From the IMG/VR virus record IMGVR_UViG_3300008120_000036: DNA of 64,000 nt; one strand, written 5' to 3'. Below are positions 8,800-17,903 of the stretch, piece after piece. Source of the DNA: an uncultured virus (IMG/VR IMGVR_UViG_3300008120_000036) (Duplodnaviria; Heunggongvirae; Uroviricota; Caudoviricetes). The notes beneath the pieces are model-generated. The model did no database searches, was not told the origin of the DNA, and saw only the letters and a list, made by a program, of their open reading frames with translations. The first letter of the stretch is position 1. Every line of letters starts with the position of its first letter. The position numbers and the translations under genes are program-made.

Positions 8800-9176
8800 T
8801 ATTCAGTTACCTCATTTTCTGTCCATGTAATGTTCTCTTCATCCCAAGTGTAGGATTTTCCGTCACTTGGATAATCAATTGGTGCTTCCCATAGGCATGA
8901 AGATTCATCTAGATTCCATGATGGGAATGGTTTTGGTGGGATGAATGCATCTCGTTGTGCATCATAAGTATATCCAATACCTGCATAATTCTTGCGTAAT
9001 GGAGTTCCACCGTTTTGGTGTACACCACCTACTGTGTTGTAACTTGTCTTAATCCATGTACCGCCAAGTCCGAGGTCATTCGCTAGAAATTCTTGACCCC
9101 TATTTTCTTGGTCGTCACCGACAACAAGAACGCGAACAACTGTGTTATCCGCATCTATTTCCGCGAAGTGCGCCAT
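8799..9176 (-). CDS. Conserved fibre-associated phage protein
   Basis: MAHFAEI...RKNYAGIGYTYD...DAFIPPKPFPSW...WEAP pattern, commonly seen beside Gly-rich fibres. Confidence 0.6.
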   Translation of the reverse strand: MAHFAEIDADNTVVRVLVVGDDQENRGQEFLANDLGLGGTWIKTSYNTVGGVHQNGGTPLRKNYAGIGYTYDAQRDAFIPPKPFPSWNLDESSCLWEAPIDYPSDGKSYTWDEENITWTENEVTE

Positions 9177-9208
9177 TGATTTCTCCTTTTTTATCTTACT
9201 TTGTATTT

Positions 9209-10597
9209 CTATAGAACTTGCTCTTTAGTATAACGAATAATTACTATTCCTGAACCGCCTACCATACCGTTACCTGCTCCACCACCAGTGTTCGCAGTAC
9301 CGTTAGCACCGTTAGAACCTCCACCTGCTCCACCACCACCTAATCCTGCTGCACCACCAGTACCGTTAGAAGCACCACCGCCTCCACCTGCAAAGTAGTA
9401 AACTCCAGAAGATAATTGTCCAGAACTTGTTGCAAGACCCCAAGATGAATATGCGGATGAACCTATTCCACCTGCTCCACCAGTTCCTGCACCAGATGCA
9501 TTGCCACCAGCACCACCAGCACCACCACCTCCACCACCTGCCTGTGGTTCAACTTGAAATACACCACCACCATTACCACCGTTATTTCCTTGACCGCTTG
9601 TACCAGAGCCTCCAGTACCACCACCTAATCCAGAACCAGTATTTACAGCAGATTGTCCTCCACCACCGCTACCACCAGAACCACCATCTTTCTCGGCAGT
9701 AATTAATGCAGAAGAGTCAGAACCACCGCCACCACCGCCACCACCTAAAGCAACAGTACTACCAAGTGATGAATTACTGCCTCGTAAACCTCTTAGATTA
9801 GAACCTGGATAAGCACCACCTGCACCAATAACTACAGGAATTGTTCCATTTAATTTAACATTAGTAAATCCTAGTAAGCCACCAGCACCGCCACCTCCAC
9901 CGTAGAAACCAGAAGAGTTTGACGCTCCACCAGAACCACCGCCAGCAATAACAAGGATATCTGCGGATAAAGTATTACCAGATATATCTAGTGTTCCACT
10001 AGAAGTAAACTTTCGGTAATAATAATTTGAATCTGAAGATAGTGTTCCACCAGTTACATAAGACTTTCTATTATTAATAGGTGTTCTTTGCGCTCTTATA
10101 CCGTAAATAGTAAAAGTGGTGTTTGTCATAAAAGAAGCATTCGCTGCAAAAGAGAAAGAAGTTACTGGTTTTGTAAAATTCCATTGAGTACCAACTATAT
10201 TTTGATAAGCAAGGGTTGTACTATTGTTTTCAGATACTCCAAAAGTAGATACGACTTTGCCAAACCCTACTGTATAATTAGAGATATAAACATCACAAAC
10301 ACCAAAAAGATTTGAAGTAGAAGTATTTCCATTAATTCTAGAAATCCAGTTGTTTCCATAAGAAGCAGTGCTACGACTAAGAAGAGTGCTGCCACTTGAT
10401 TCTATATTTATCCAGTTAGTTGAAGTTTCACCATTTAATGCCATGTACAAGCCGTCTTCTTCAGTGCCTCTATTAGTTCTAGCAGATATTTTTAATAACA
10501 AATCAGTATATCCTTGTGGAATATTAGTAAACTCAACTACTGCTTGGGTGCTAGGAACTCTATAAGTAGCAATCTTCGTCATTGTATCTAAACTCAT
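9209..10597 (-). CDS. Glycine-rich tail fibre/adhesin-like protein (cassette A, gene 3)
   Basis: Paralog of 5158-6552. Confidence 0.7.
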   Translation of the reverse strand: MSLDTMTKIATYRVPSTQAVVEFTNIPQGYTDLLLKISARTNRGTEEDGLYMALNGETSTNWINIESSGSTLLSRSTASYGNNWISRINGNTSTSNLFGVCDVYISNYTVGFGKVVSTFGVSENNSTTLAYQNIVGTQWNFTKPVTSFSFAANASFMTNTTFTIYGIRAQRTPINNRKSYVTGGTLSSDSNYYYRKFTSSGTLDISGNTLSADILVIAGGGSGGASNSSGFYGGGGGAGGLLGFTNVKLNGTIPVVIGAGGAYPGSNLRGLRGSNSSLGSTVALGGGGGGGGSDSSALITAEKDGGSGGSGGGGQSAVNTGSGLGGGTGGSGTSGQGNNGGNGGGVFQVEPQAGGGGGGAGGAGGNASGAGTGGAGGIGSSAYSSWGLATSSGQLSSGVYYFAGGGGGASNGTGGAAGLGGGGAGGGSNGANGTANTGGGAGNGMVGGSGIVIIRYTKEQVL

Positions 10598-11886
10598 ACT
10601 GGATACCTCACAATCACAATTCCAGAACCGCCATTATATGCATATTTAGTAGTACCACTACCTCCACCGCCACCACCAGTGCGTGCTGTTCCATCTGAAC
10701 CACCTGAAATATAATCTCCAGTACCTCCACCGCCAGTACCACCACTACCACCAGGACTAGTATCACCACGACCACCGCCACCTCCACCACCATAAGTTAC
10801 GGAAGAACCAGTAATTGCTACCGCTACACCATTACCACCATTACCTGCTGCCCCATTAGCAACTGCATTAGTACCAGCAGCACCAGCACCTCCACCGCCT
10901 CCACCACAACCCATGTTCACATTTGCAGCACCATTACCACCATTAAATCCTTGATTAGATTGACCAGTACCAGCAGTTATGTAAGATGCACTACCTCCAC
11001 CACCTGAGCCACCATTTTCTTTATCGCTAGCACCGCCAGCACCTCTACCTCCACCTAGTGAGGTAATAGATGAAAAAACTGAATCTGAACCTGATGTAGC
11101 ATATAGATGGGATGTTGTATATCCACCTCTTCTGCCACCTGCACCCACTGTAACAACATGATTAGTTGGGGTTAATGTTAATGCTGTACCTAATCCAGCA
11201 GTTCCTCCGCTTGCAGTCACTGTAGAGCGAACACCACCAGCACCACCACCTCCGATATTTCCACCGCCTCCACCTGCAACAACTAGGTAGTCAACTCCTG
11301 CAAGTTCTTCAACTGGTGTAAATAAACCACTATTCCAAAATTCGTGTATCCAATATCCACTTGATTGATAAACATAATCTCCACCATAAGCCTTTGGGCT
11401 ACCACCAGAAATACCGTATAAATCAATAGATGTTCCTATACCAAATAATGTTGAACCACTAGCAAAAAACTGCAATGTATGTATTGCTTCAGTATTTCTC
11501 CAAAGTTGTGATATACCACCTACATAGCCAGTAGTAAGCGGATTAGATGCAAGAGATAAACAAGACTTAAAAATATTTGGATTAGAATAACTCATAAAAT
11601 GAACTATAGATTGTCCAGGACTACCTGGGCCTCCAATAGTAATAGCATGATAAGTTTGACCAGTACCTCTATCAGAAGCAGGAGTAGAACCATTACCATA
11701 TAGTCTAGTTCCTGAATAAATACTTGAAGAATTATTGTTAATATACACACCAACATCATTTTGTGTAGATGTTGAGCCGTAAAATACAACAACTAAATCT
11801 TCATAAGCCTGACTAATATTAGAAAATGTTATTGAGTTTTGATTAGAAGTTAAAACTATTGATTGAATTGGTGTATAGGTAGCCAT
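10594..11886 (-). CDS. Glycine-rich tail fibre/adhesin-like protein (cassette A, gene 2)
   Basis: Paralog of 6552-7907; same C-terminus GGSGIVIVRYPV. Confidence 0.7.
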   Translation of the reverse strand: MATYTPIQSIVLTSNQNSITFSNISQAYEDLVVVFYGSTSTQNDVGVYINNNSSSIYSGTRLYGNGSTPASDRGTGQTYHAITIGGPGSPGQSIVHFMSYSNPNIFKSCLSLASNPLTTGYVGGISQLWRNTEAIHTLQFFASGSTLFGIGTSIDLYGISGGSPKAYGGDYVYQSSGYWIHEFWNSGLFTPVEELAGVDYLVVAGGGGGNIGGGGAGGVRSTVTASGGTAGLGTALTLTPTNHVVTVGAGGRRGGYTTSHLYATSGSDSVFSSITSLGGGRGAGGASDKENGGSGGGGSASYITAGTGQSNQGFNGGNGAANVNMGCGGGGGGAGAAGTNAVANGAAGNGGNGVAVAITGSSVTYGGGGGGGRGDTSPGGSGGTGGGGTGDYISGGSDGTARTGGGGGGSGTTKYAYNGGSGIVIVRYPV

Positions 11887-12474
11887 TTATTTAATCCCAT
11901 ACAAAGTAATTGATGAATAAACATTAAATGAAGTTTCACCTATAATTTCAATACTAGTTATTACACTATTATTATTCCAAAAACCTGAGTGCATTCCAAA
12001 TAAACCAGAGCCATTTCTATCAGAGCCATATATATTTTTTACGGTGGTTAGTTTATTTGTGTCTGTATAATCTAATATGTCTAAAATAAATACGCCAAAT
12101 ATACTTGCTTCACTTGTAGGTGGTAAAAAATTATCAGCAATTCTTATAGATGTTTGACTTATGCCAGCATTAGGCGCACTTGCTGTAGAGCCATTAGCCT
12201 GTATCGTGTGCCTTGCATAGTTACTACCACCATCACCGTTAAATCTTATACTTAAATCTCCAGCACCAGTTGTATTACTTTTAACAGTACCTCTAATTTG
12301 CAAGTGGCTATAAGTTGATGGAATAGAACTAAAAGTAACTGAACTAGCACTGTTTTTGAGTTTGACAGTATTAATTGGTTCAACAGCAGGAAAACCACTA
12401 CGACCATCCCAAAGAGTATTAAACTTTTGGAATCCAGTCTGTAGCGTAGTTTCAGATAAACGGCTGATTGCCAT
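11887..12474 (-). CDS. Virion fibre-associated beta protein (cassette A, gene 1)
   Basis: MAISRLS...LWDG; paralog of 7907-8527. Confidence 0.65.
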   Translation of the reverse strand: MAISRLSETTLQTGFQKFNTLWDGRSGFPAVEPINTVKLKNSASSVTFSSIPSTYSHLQIRGTVKSNTTGAGDLSIRFNGDGGSNYARHTIQANGSTASAPNAGISQTSIRIADNFLPPTSEASIFGVFILDILDYTDTNKLTTVKNIYGSDRNGSGLFGMHSGFWNNNSVITSIEIIGETSFNVYSSITLYGIK

Positions 12475-12488
12475 TATTGAACCTCTTC

Positions 12489-12818
12489 TTAGGAAATCTC
12501 AGAACCGAATGCAGCAAATGACATATTTGCAGAAGATGCATATACAGTGATTACATCTGTCGTTGCAAGAGTTACACCCAAAGTTAGCGCAGTTGTATCG
12601 TTCGCTGCGATTGGGGTGTCATATGCAAGATAGTGTTGCGCTGCAAGAGATGCACCTGCTGGTCTAATTGCAATTCGGAATGTGCCAGCAGTTGAAGCCT
12701 GATTACATACAGTGATTGTTGAAACTACTGTAGAGGTAGAGGATGGAACTGTGTACAACGAAGTTGCAGTTGTCGCGCTTGGATTTGATTGTCCAAGTGT
12801 TTTATATACTGTTGGCAT
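12489..12818 (-). CDS. Small beta-rich virion protein
   Basis: Ser/Thr-rich 109 aa within the tail module. Confidence 0.6.
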   Translation of the reverse strand: MPTVYKTLGQSNPSATTATSLYTVPSSTSTVVSTITVCNQASTAGTFRIAIRPAGASLAAQHYLAYDTPIAANDTTALTLGVTLATTDVITVYASSANMSFAAFGSEIS

Positions 12819-12840
12819 TATTTCTCCTTATTTCTTTGGG

Positions 12841-13278
12841 TTAACATCCTGCTAGTAAAAAGGGGTCTAATATATTTGTTGGTACAGCAGTAGCCTCCCA
12901 AGCGACTCCATTTGTGGCAGATGTTCGTGCAGTGAGCACATACCCATCTGTTCCTATAGAGAGTTTAGCAGGGGTGTTGTCCGAAGCACCAACTATTAAG
13001 TCGCCTTTTGCATCAATTAATGAAGAAGATATTGATGCTGCTGTCTGTACATCAGCCCAAGCAGAGCCAGTATCATAGTACATTGCTGAAGTATCAGTAG
13101 CAAAAAAGAACCGCCCTTGAACTCCTGCGGATGGTCTATTTGCAAATGTATTTTGCGAATAGATAGCACCCTTTTGTTCAATCATCTGATGCGAAGTATC
13201 CATATGGGTACGAGTGAATGCATCAGCACCGCTTGACCAGCGATATATGCCGAAGCGTGATGTTGTCGTTACTGCCAT
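12841..13278 (-). CDS. Baseplate-proximal tail fibre protein
   Basis: RPSAGVQGRFFFATDT and AKGDLIVG fibre-type motifs; follows the wedge gene. Confidence 0.6.
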   Translation of the reverse strand: MAVTTTSRFGIYRWSSGADAFTRTHMDTSHQMIEQKGAIYSQNTFANRPSAGVQGRFFFATDTSAMYYDTGSAWADVQTAASISSSLIDAKGDLIVGASDNTPAKLSIGTDGYVLTARTSATNGVAWEATAVPTNILDPFLLAGC

Positions 13279-13298
13279 CTATTTCTCCTTATCAGATT

Positions 13299-14093
13299 CT
13301 ACTCAGGAATACCTTCTGCGCCTGAAGTTTCAAGATTATCCCAAGTAAGTGTCGCTTCAATAGCAGTCCAAGTGGGTAGAGCAGCCTCTAATGCATCCCA
13401 GTATAGAGCATATGCAAGATAGTATAAAACCACACCTGCTGGTTTTGCACCTTTACTTGTTACAACCTCTGCCAAGTCAAACGGAACTGGTGTTTCCGAA
13501 GTTTTGGTCATAATAGTTACATCCCACTCACTAGCAGAAGGTGTTAGTAACCCACCTACCACTGTTGAATGGTCAAAAATACGAGCAAACTTTGTACCGC
13601 TTAAAACCTCTTTAACGGCGTTAGCCATTGATTGTTTTGAACCTGCCTTGAAACCTACATAAGCGTAGAAAACTTTATCGCGCTTTGCAGCCTCAGATTC
13701 TTCATCTTTGACCTTAACACCAAGCAGTCTTCCAATCCATGTAAGCCATTCAGCATTTGCTGTACGAGCATCAAATAAATCACTGGTGTAATTAATTGGG
13801 TCAAATCCATATGTTGCACCTTCAAGACCAGCAGGGCGAGTATATGTGTTTAACGCGTTCTTTGCGTTTACATATTCTGTACGCCGTTCAATAGGTACAT
13901 ACTTCAAACGCTCAACTGTTGTATCAACATCATGCAATTGGTCAGTTAATCCAGACAAGAATTTCTTTAATGGGTAAAGAATTGGAAGAGTTGCATTGTC
14001 ATCTGTATGCAACTGTGAATCAAGATGGCGATAAACAGCAGGTAAACGCTTGTATAGGCGTTCTGTAGTAGTACCGTAAATTGGCTCTGTCAT
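13299..14093 (-). CDS. Baseplate wedge protein (P2 gpI-like)
   Basis: LYKRLPAVYR, WLTWIGRLLG, KPAGVV motifs; follows baseplate J. Confidence 0.75.
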   Translation of the reverse strand: MTEPIYGTTTERLYKRLPAVYRHLDSQLHTDDNATLPILYPLKKFLSGLTDQLHDVDTTVERLKYVPIERRTEYVNAKNALNTYTRPAGLEGATYGFDPINYTSDLFDARTANAEWLTWIGRLLGVKVKDEESEAAKRDKVFYAYVGFKAGSKQSMANAVKEVLSGTKFARIFDHSTVVGGLLTPSASEWDVTIMTKTSETPVPFDLAEVVTSKGAKPAGVVLYYLAYALYWDALEAALPTWTAIEATLTWDNLETSGAEGIPE

Positions 14094-15214
14094 GTTACTG
14101 TAATCGTCACTGTTCCAGCGTTAACCAAAACTGTATCTGCGCCAACAGATACATCTGCTGATGGCGTGGTAAGAGATACTGTGTAGTCCACACCAGTTAC
14201 ATTTGAAATCAAAGTAATGAGTTCGTTTCTACGAACAGTTCCAGACCAAGACCAAGTAGTTGGGCTTAGGTAGGCTTCAATTGCATCAACTACATCATTT
14301 AATACTTCTGTACTGTCATATGAATCAATCTTTTTAACTGTTGCAGTTACATTTACTGTCTGAATTGTTGGGTCAATTAGATGAACCCCAAGATTTGCAG
14401 AAGAGTTATTTTCTAGCAAAGTAAGTAGCGTTGCTTTATTAGGATTAGAAACATTTGCATTATTACCATATACAACAACTGTAATATGACCTGCATCATC
14501 TCCTGGGTCATTTCCAGAGGTAGGGTCATAGTTATCAATAGCATTTGCACGCGTTACATAAGGTTGCTCTAGTGCTAACTGTACAAAGTGTTCTGGGATA
14601 ACCAAAGTATCAGTCAAACGCTGTAGTCGCTGAATACCTCTTGTTAACCAATCTTCTGTAGTTTCAGGTGCAATACCACCAGTAATTTCAGTAGTAGTTA
14701 CTACCGCATCCACCGCTTCAATTGCATCCACCAACTCAGCCTCAGTACCAATGTCAATACCGTTAGCAGAAATAGTATTTTCAGTAGCCGTAGCCGTAAC
14801 AGTGCCATCAGTATCTCCCTCTGCAATAGTAAGTGCTGTGTTAGTAAAGAATGATAAGTTTTCTTCATCACTAATAGGGATAGAAATTTCTGTACCTAAA
14901 GGAATTACATATCCTGCATCATCAGCCATAGTAAACTCAACTGTTACTGATGGTGCTGCACCTGGGTCACGAGTCACGCCATAGAGTGTTAAAAGAACTT
15001 CTGTCATAACTTCTGGAAGACGGTTAATACTATAAATTGTTTCGGCTACTTCTAAAGCCATTGCTTCTAAGAGTGCTAGTTCAAGGTTGGTTTCTGAAGG
15101 TGTCCAGTCTGGCAAACGAGATTGTAAAGTTACAAGAGCAGCATCAACAATATCCTGTGGGTCTTTGTCATAAATAACAAGATTTGTATATTGCGTAATA
15201 TCTGGATTAGCCAT
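14090..15214 (-). CDS. Baseplate J-like protein
   Basis: LPDWT..ETNLELALLE, IPLGT, GGIAPET, GHITVVV motifs; size and position. Confidence 0.85.
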   Translation of the reverse strand: MANPDITQYTNLVIYDKDPQDIVDAALVTLQSRLPDWTPSETNLELALLEAMALEVAETIYSINRLPEVMTEVLLTLYGVTRDPGAAPSVTVEFTMADDAGYVIPLGTEISIPISDEENLSFFTNTALTIAEGDTDGTVTATATENTISANGIDIGTEAELVDAIEAVDAVVTTTEITGGIAPETTEDWLTRGIQRLQRLTDTLVIPEHFVQLALEQPYVTRANAIDNYDPTSGNDPGDDAGHITVVVYGNNANVSNPNKATLLTLLENNSSANLGVHLIDPTIQTVNVTATVKKIDSYDSTEVLNDVVDAIEAYLSPTTWSWSGTVRRNELITLISNVTGVDYTVSLTTPSADVSVGADTVLVNAGTVTITVT

Positions 15215-15525
15215 TATTGATTCTCCGCCCCAGTTTCAAATGAAACCGTTACTGCTTGTCTATCCACACCGATTCTAGTCAAGACTGCCTCTACATTCTT
15301 TAGTTCTGGAAAATATACTGCTACCTGATTCTGTAATGCAGAATTTTGAAATCCATCAAATGCGATATCAGGAATTCCGAGAAGAGGCTCTAAACCGCGC
15401 TCGCCTTGAATAGTAGTTAAAATTGTAGCAAGTTGTTCAGCATAATAATCGTCTGAACCCTGTACTACTTTTGCAGCCTCCCCATATTTGTTAATACGAA
15501 AAGGAATTGAAAGTGTATTAGCCAT
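15214..15525 (-). CDS. Baseplate gpW/gp25-like protein
   Basis: LSIPFRI...ILTTIQGER...LGIPD. Confidence 0.75.
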   Translation of the reverse strand: MANTLSIPFRINKYGEAAKVVQGSDDYYAEQLATILTTIQGERGLEPLLGIPDIAFDGFQNSALQNQVAVYFPELKNVEAVLTRIGVDRQAVTVSFETGAENQ

Positions 15526-15836
15526 TAGTTTAGCCTCCCAAGCACGACTAGGGATTCTGGAATAACACCGACTTGTGCAACTACCACCTTATCTCCTTTA
15601 TTGTAGTGGGTATTTGTTACTTCATGATTATGAAATGCGATTGAGTGCTGATGTGAAGTGCCAGGAGGACCAGCAGCAGCACCAGTTGAAGCAGGAGCAG
15701 TATTGTTGAGGATAGTGGGCTGTTTTTCCTGAATACAATTAATCGGACCAAACTCTTTCTGAGTTCCCCCTAATTCTGGCACTTTTACATATAACTTCGT
15801 ACCTGCAACTCTAGTCACTGTTCCGTAATAAATCAT
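15525..15836 (-). CDS. Baseplate spike/assembly protein (OB-fold)
   Basis: YYGTVTRV...VKVPEL...GDKVVV...VVLGRL; HQH...HNH tip-like motif. Confidence 0.6.
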   Translation of the reverse strand: MIYYGTVTRVAGTKLYVKVPELGGTQKEFGPINCIQEKQPTILNNTAPASTGAAAGPPGTSHQHSIAFHNHEVTNTHYNKGDKVVVAQVGVIPESLVVLGRLN

Positions 15837-16267
15837 TTATATTCCAATCCTGGAATTAAAGCCCCAGTAGTCCAGTCTTCTAATTTGAGTGGTGTAGGTT
15901 TTTCAATGAAATAACGACCACTGATATTCAATAACATATCTTGTAATCCAAGGGTTACAGCAATATCTTCACCATTAAACAACAATGCACCACGCTTACC
16001 TAGAGCAAATGAGGTAGTCACTAAACCTGATTGGCAATAAGTATAAATATCTTCATAAGTGCTAGGTAGGTCTAAACCAACTTGACCAGCAGACCAGATA
16101 ACCAAGTCAATGGTGCTTAACTCAGGACCAACATCTGAATAGTCTGAAGGTGTGCCATCCGCAATAAAGGTGGATGCCCAATACGCAAAATCTGAGGGCG
16201 AATAGGTATTCCTGCGGTTGGGCAGGATACCTGTGGTATCTACCCCTACTCCTATGCCTAGGCTCAT
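15833..16267 (-). CDS. Degenerate NlpC/P60-like baseplate protein
   Basis: LVIWSAGQVGLDLP...RGALLF...IAVTLG resembles the NlpC/P60 scaffold, but the DCS cysteine and catalytic His are absent. Confidence 0.4.
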   Translation of the reverse strand: MSLGIGVGVDTTGILPNRRNTYSPSDFAYWASTFIADGTPSDYSDVGPELSTIDLVIWSAGQVGLDLPSTYEDIYTYCQSGLVTTSFALGKRGALLFNGEDIAVTLGLQDMLLNISGRYFIEKPTPLKLEDWTTGALIPGLEYK

Positions 16268-16269
16268 AA

Positions 16270-17217
16270 TTAACCTCCACCCTTCTTTGATAGAACAGCA
16301 CCTGGTACACCACGCACCAGACCATCAAAAATACTGTCTGGGCGGTCAATAGAGCCTGTATCTCCTGCCTTCTGGGGTTCTGGGTTCTTCAGGGTAGAAG
16401 CGGTCACAGAAACCGTTCCAGACCCCACTAAAGGGTAACTCACTGATGTAATCATATAAGTACCAGAAAAGGCAGGGAAGCCACTGATTACTAGTCCATG
16501 ACCAGGTATGCACTCTTCTGCTCTTTCAAGGGGTAGTTCAAGACTAAGTTCTACATCAGTGTTATCCACTGAGTGTCTAAAGTTTGGAATGGTTATAGGT
16601 TCTTTACCATTTTCAGAATACCATTGAACTATTACTTTTGGCTTTTGGGCTACTATCCAAGTTGGCTTACCAAAATATATTTCTCCAGCAACCTCATACA
16701 TGACATATCCAAGTTCATCCGCTAAACGGCGAAAGGTAGTCCATGAAGATGGAAAATCAGCCTCGTCATAAGAATCACCTTTTTTGGGTGTATCCCTTAC
16801 TACACTACTGCGCTTTCCAGACTTTTGAATTGTAAATGGTGCTTTTACAGCCTTACATTCTGACTGAATAAAAGTTGAGGGGGATACATTTTTCATAACT
16901 TTATATCCACGCCTTTTCTTTAATTTATTAACTGCTTGTGGGCGACACCTAACAGTAATACCACCGAGTCCACCACCTGCCGAAGTTTCTACAACCGAAA
17001 CAATAAGTTTTAATCCACGATAAGTAACTGGAGTATTCAAATCAAATAACCCCGATTTTAATGTTTCAAATAAAGGGTCTTCAATACCAATTGATAACTC
17101 AGTAATTTGGTCCATTCCAAGTTCCAAAGTCATATTGGAAATTTGTTGGCTAAGGTCGCGTGTTAATTTACGACCACGAAAAAGTACATCTTGGGCAGAT
17201 GGGAGTACTGTTGCCAT
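16270..17217 (-). CDS. Baseplate hub protein (late control D-like)
   Basis: Between the LysM initiator and the spike; SSWTTFRRLADELGY, FSGTYMITSV motifs. Confidence 0.7.
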   Translation of the reverse strand: MATVLPSAQDVLFRGRKLTRDLSQQISNMTLELGMDQITELSIGIEDPLFETLKSGLFDLNTPVTYRGLKLIVSVVETSAGGGLGGITVRCRPQAVNKLKKRRGYKVMKNVSPSTFIQSECKAVKAPFTIQKSGKRSSVVRDTPKKGDSYDEADFPSSWTTFRRLADELGYVMYEVAGEIYFGKPTWIVAQKPKVIVQWYSENGKEPITIPNFRHSVDNTDVELSLELPLERAEECIPGHGLVISGFPAFSGTYMITSVSYPLVGSGTVSVTASTLKNPEPQKAGDTGSIDRPDSIFDGLVRGVPGAVLSKKGGG

Positions 17218-17222
17218 AATTA

Positions 17223-17903
17223 TTAAGTTGCCTTTATTGTAATTCGCTTACCAACTTTAAGAGTTCTTGGGTCTAAGTTATTTGCATCTGCAATTTCACG
17301 CCATCTATTTGGCGTTCCATAAAACTTAGTAGAAATTCCTGAAAGGGTATCGCCTTGTTTAATAGTGTAAGACTTAGGTTTAGTTGTAGCAGTACTTGCT
17401 GCGCTCGTTGATGATGCAGTGCCTGCAACTAATGATGCAACAGCACCTTTAGTACTAAATCCAACAGCCTCTGTACATTCTATATTTACTTCAGACCGCG
17501 TAATAATGTTAGTTCCAGATTGTCTTTCAATTGAATTGTAGTCAAGGTTTGTAATGTTCCAAAGACCAGCAGTACGAGGTTCGTACTCAATTACGATTCT
17601 TTGCTTAGTTTGTGACAATTGTTCTAATAGCGATAATTGTGAATCAATAGATTGTTCATAGTTTGTTGAACCCACAAAAAGAGTCATTGATAGTTGTTTT
17701 AGTGCTACACCTGGAGAAGTAGTAATTGGTTTACGGTCTGGTCTATCTACTTCGTTGTATCTACGACCAGTAATGTAATACTCAATTTCTTTAGGTGCAA
17801 AAGGTGCAGTGAATACAAGGTCGGAAGTTTCAGTTCTAATCAGTAGTTTTGGTTGTACTGAAGTCTGAATCTTTGTTCCAGTTTCAACTATGATTTCAGC
17901 CAT
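17223..17903 (-). CDS. Tail tube initiator with C-terminal LysM domain
   Basis: YTIKQGDTLSGISTKFYG...WREIADANNL LysM; follows the tape measure gene. Confidence 0.85.
   Translation of the reverse strand: MAEIIVETGTKIQTSVQPKLLIRTETSDLVFTAPFAPKEIEYYITGRRYNEVDRPDRKPITTSPGVALKQLSMTLFVGSTNYEQSIDSQLSLLEQLSQTKQRIVIEYEPRTAGLWNITNLDYNSIERQSGTNIITRSEVNIECTEAVGFSTKGAVASLVAGTASSTSAASTATTKPKSYTIKQGDTLSGISTKFYGTPNRWREIADANNLDPRTLKVGKRITIKAT

Noticed and set aside
5158..12474. Diversity-generating retroelement or invertase shufflon acting on the fibre genes
   Set aside because: No reverse transcriptase, TR/VR pair, site-specific recombinase or inverted cassette seen in this window
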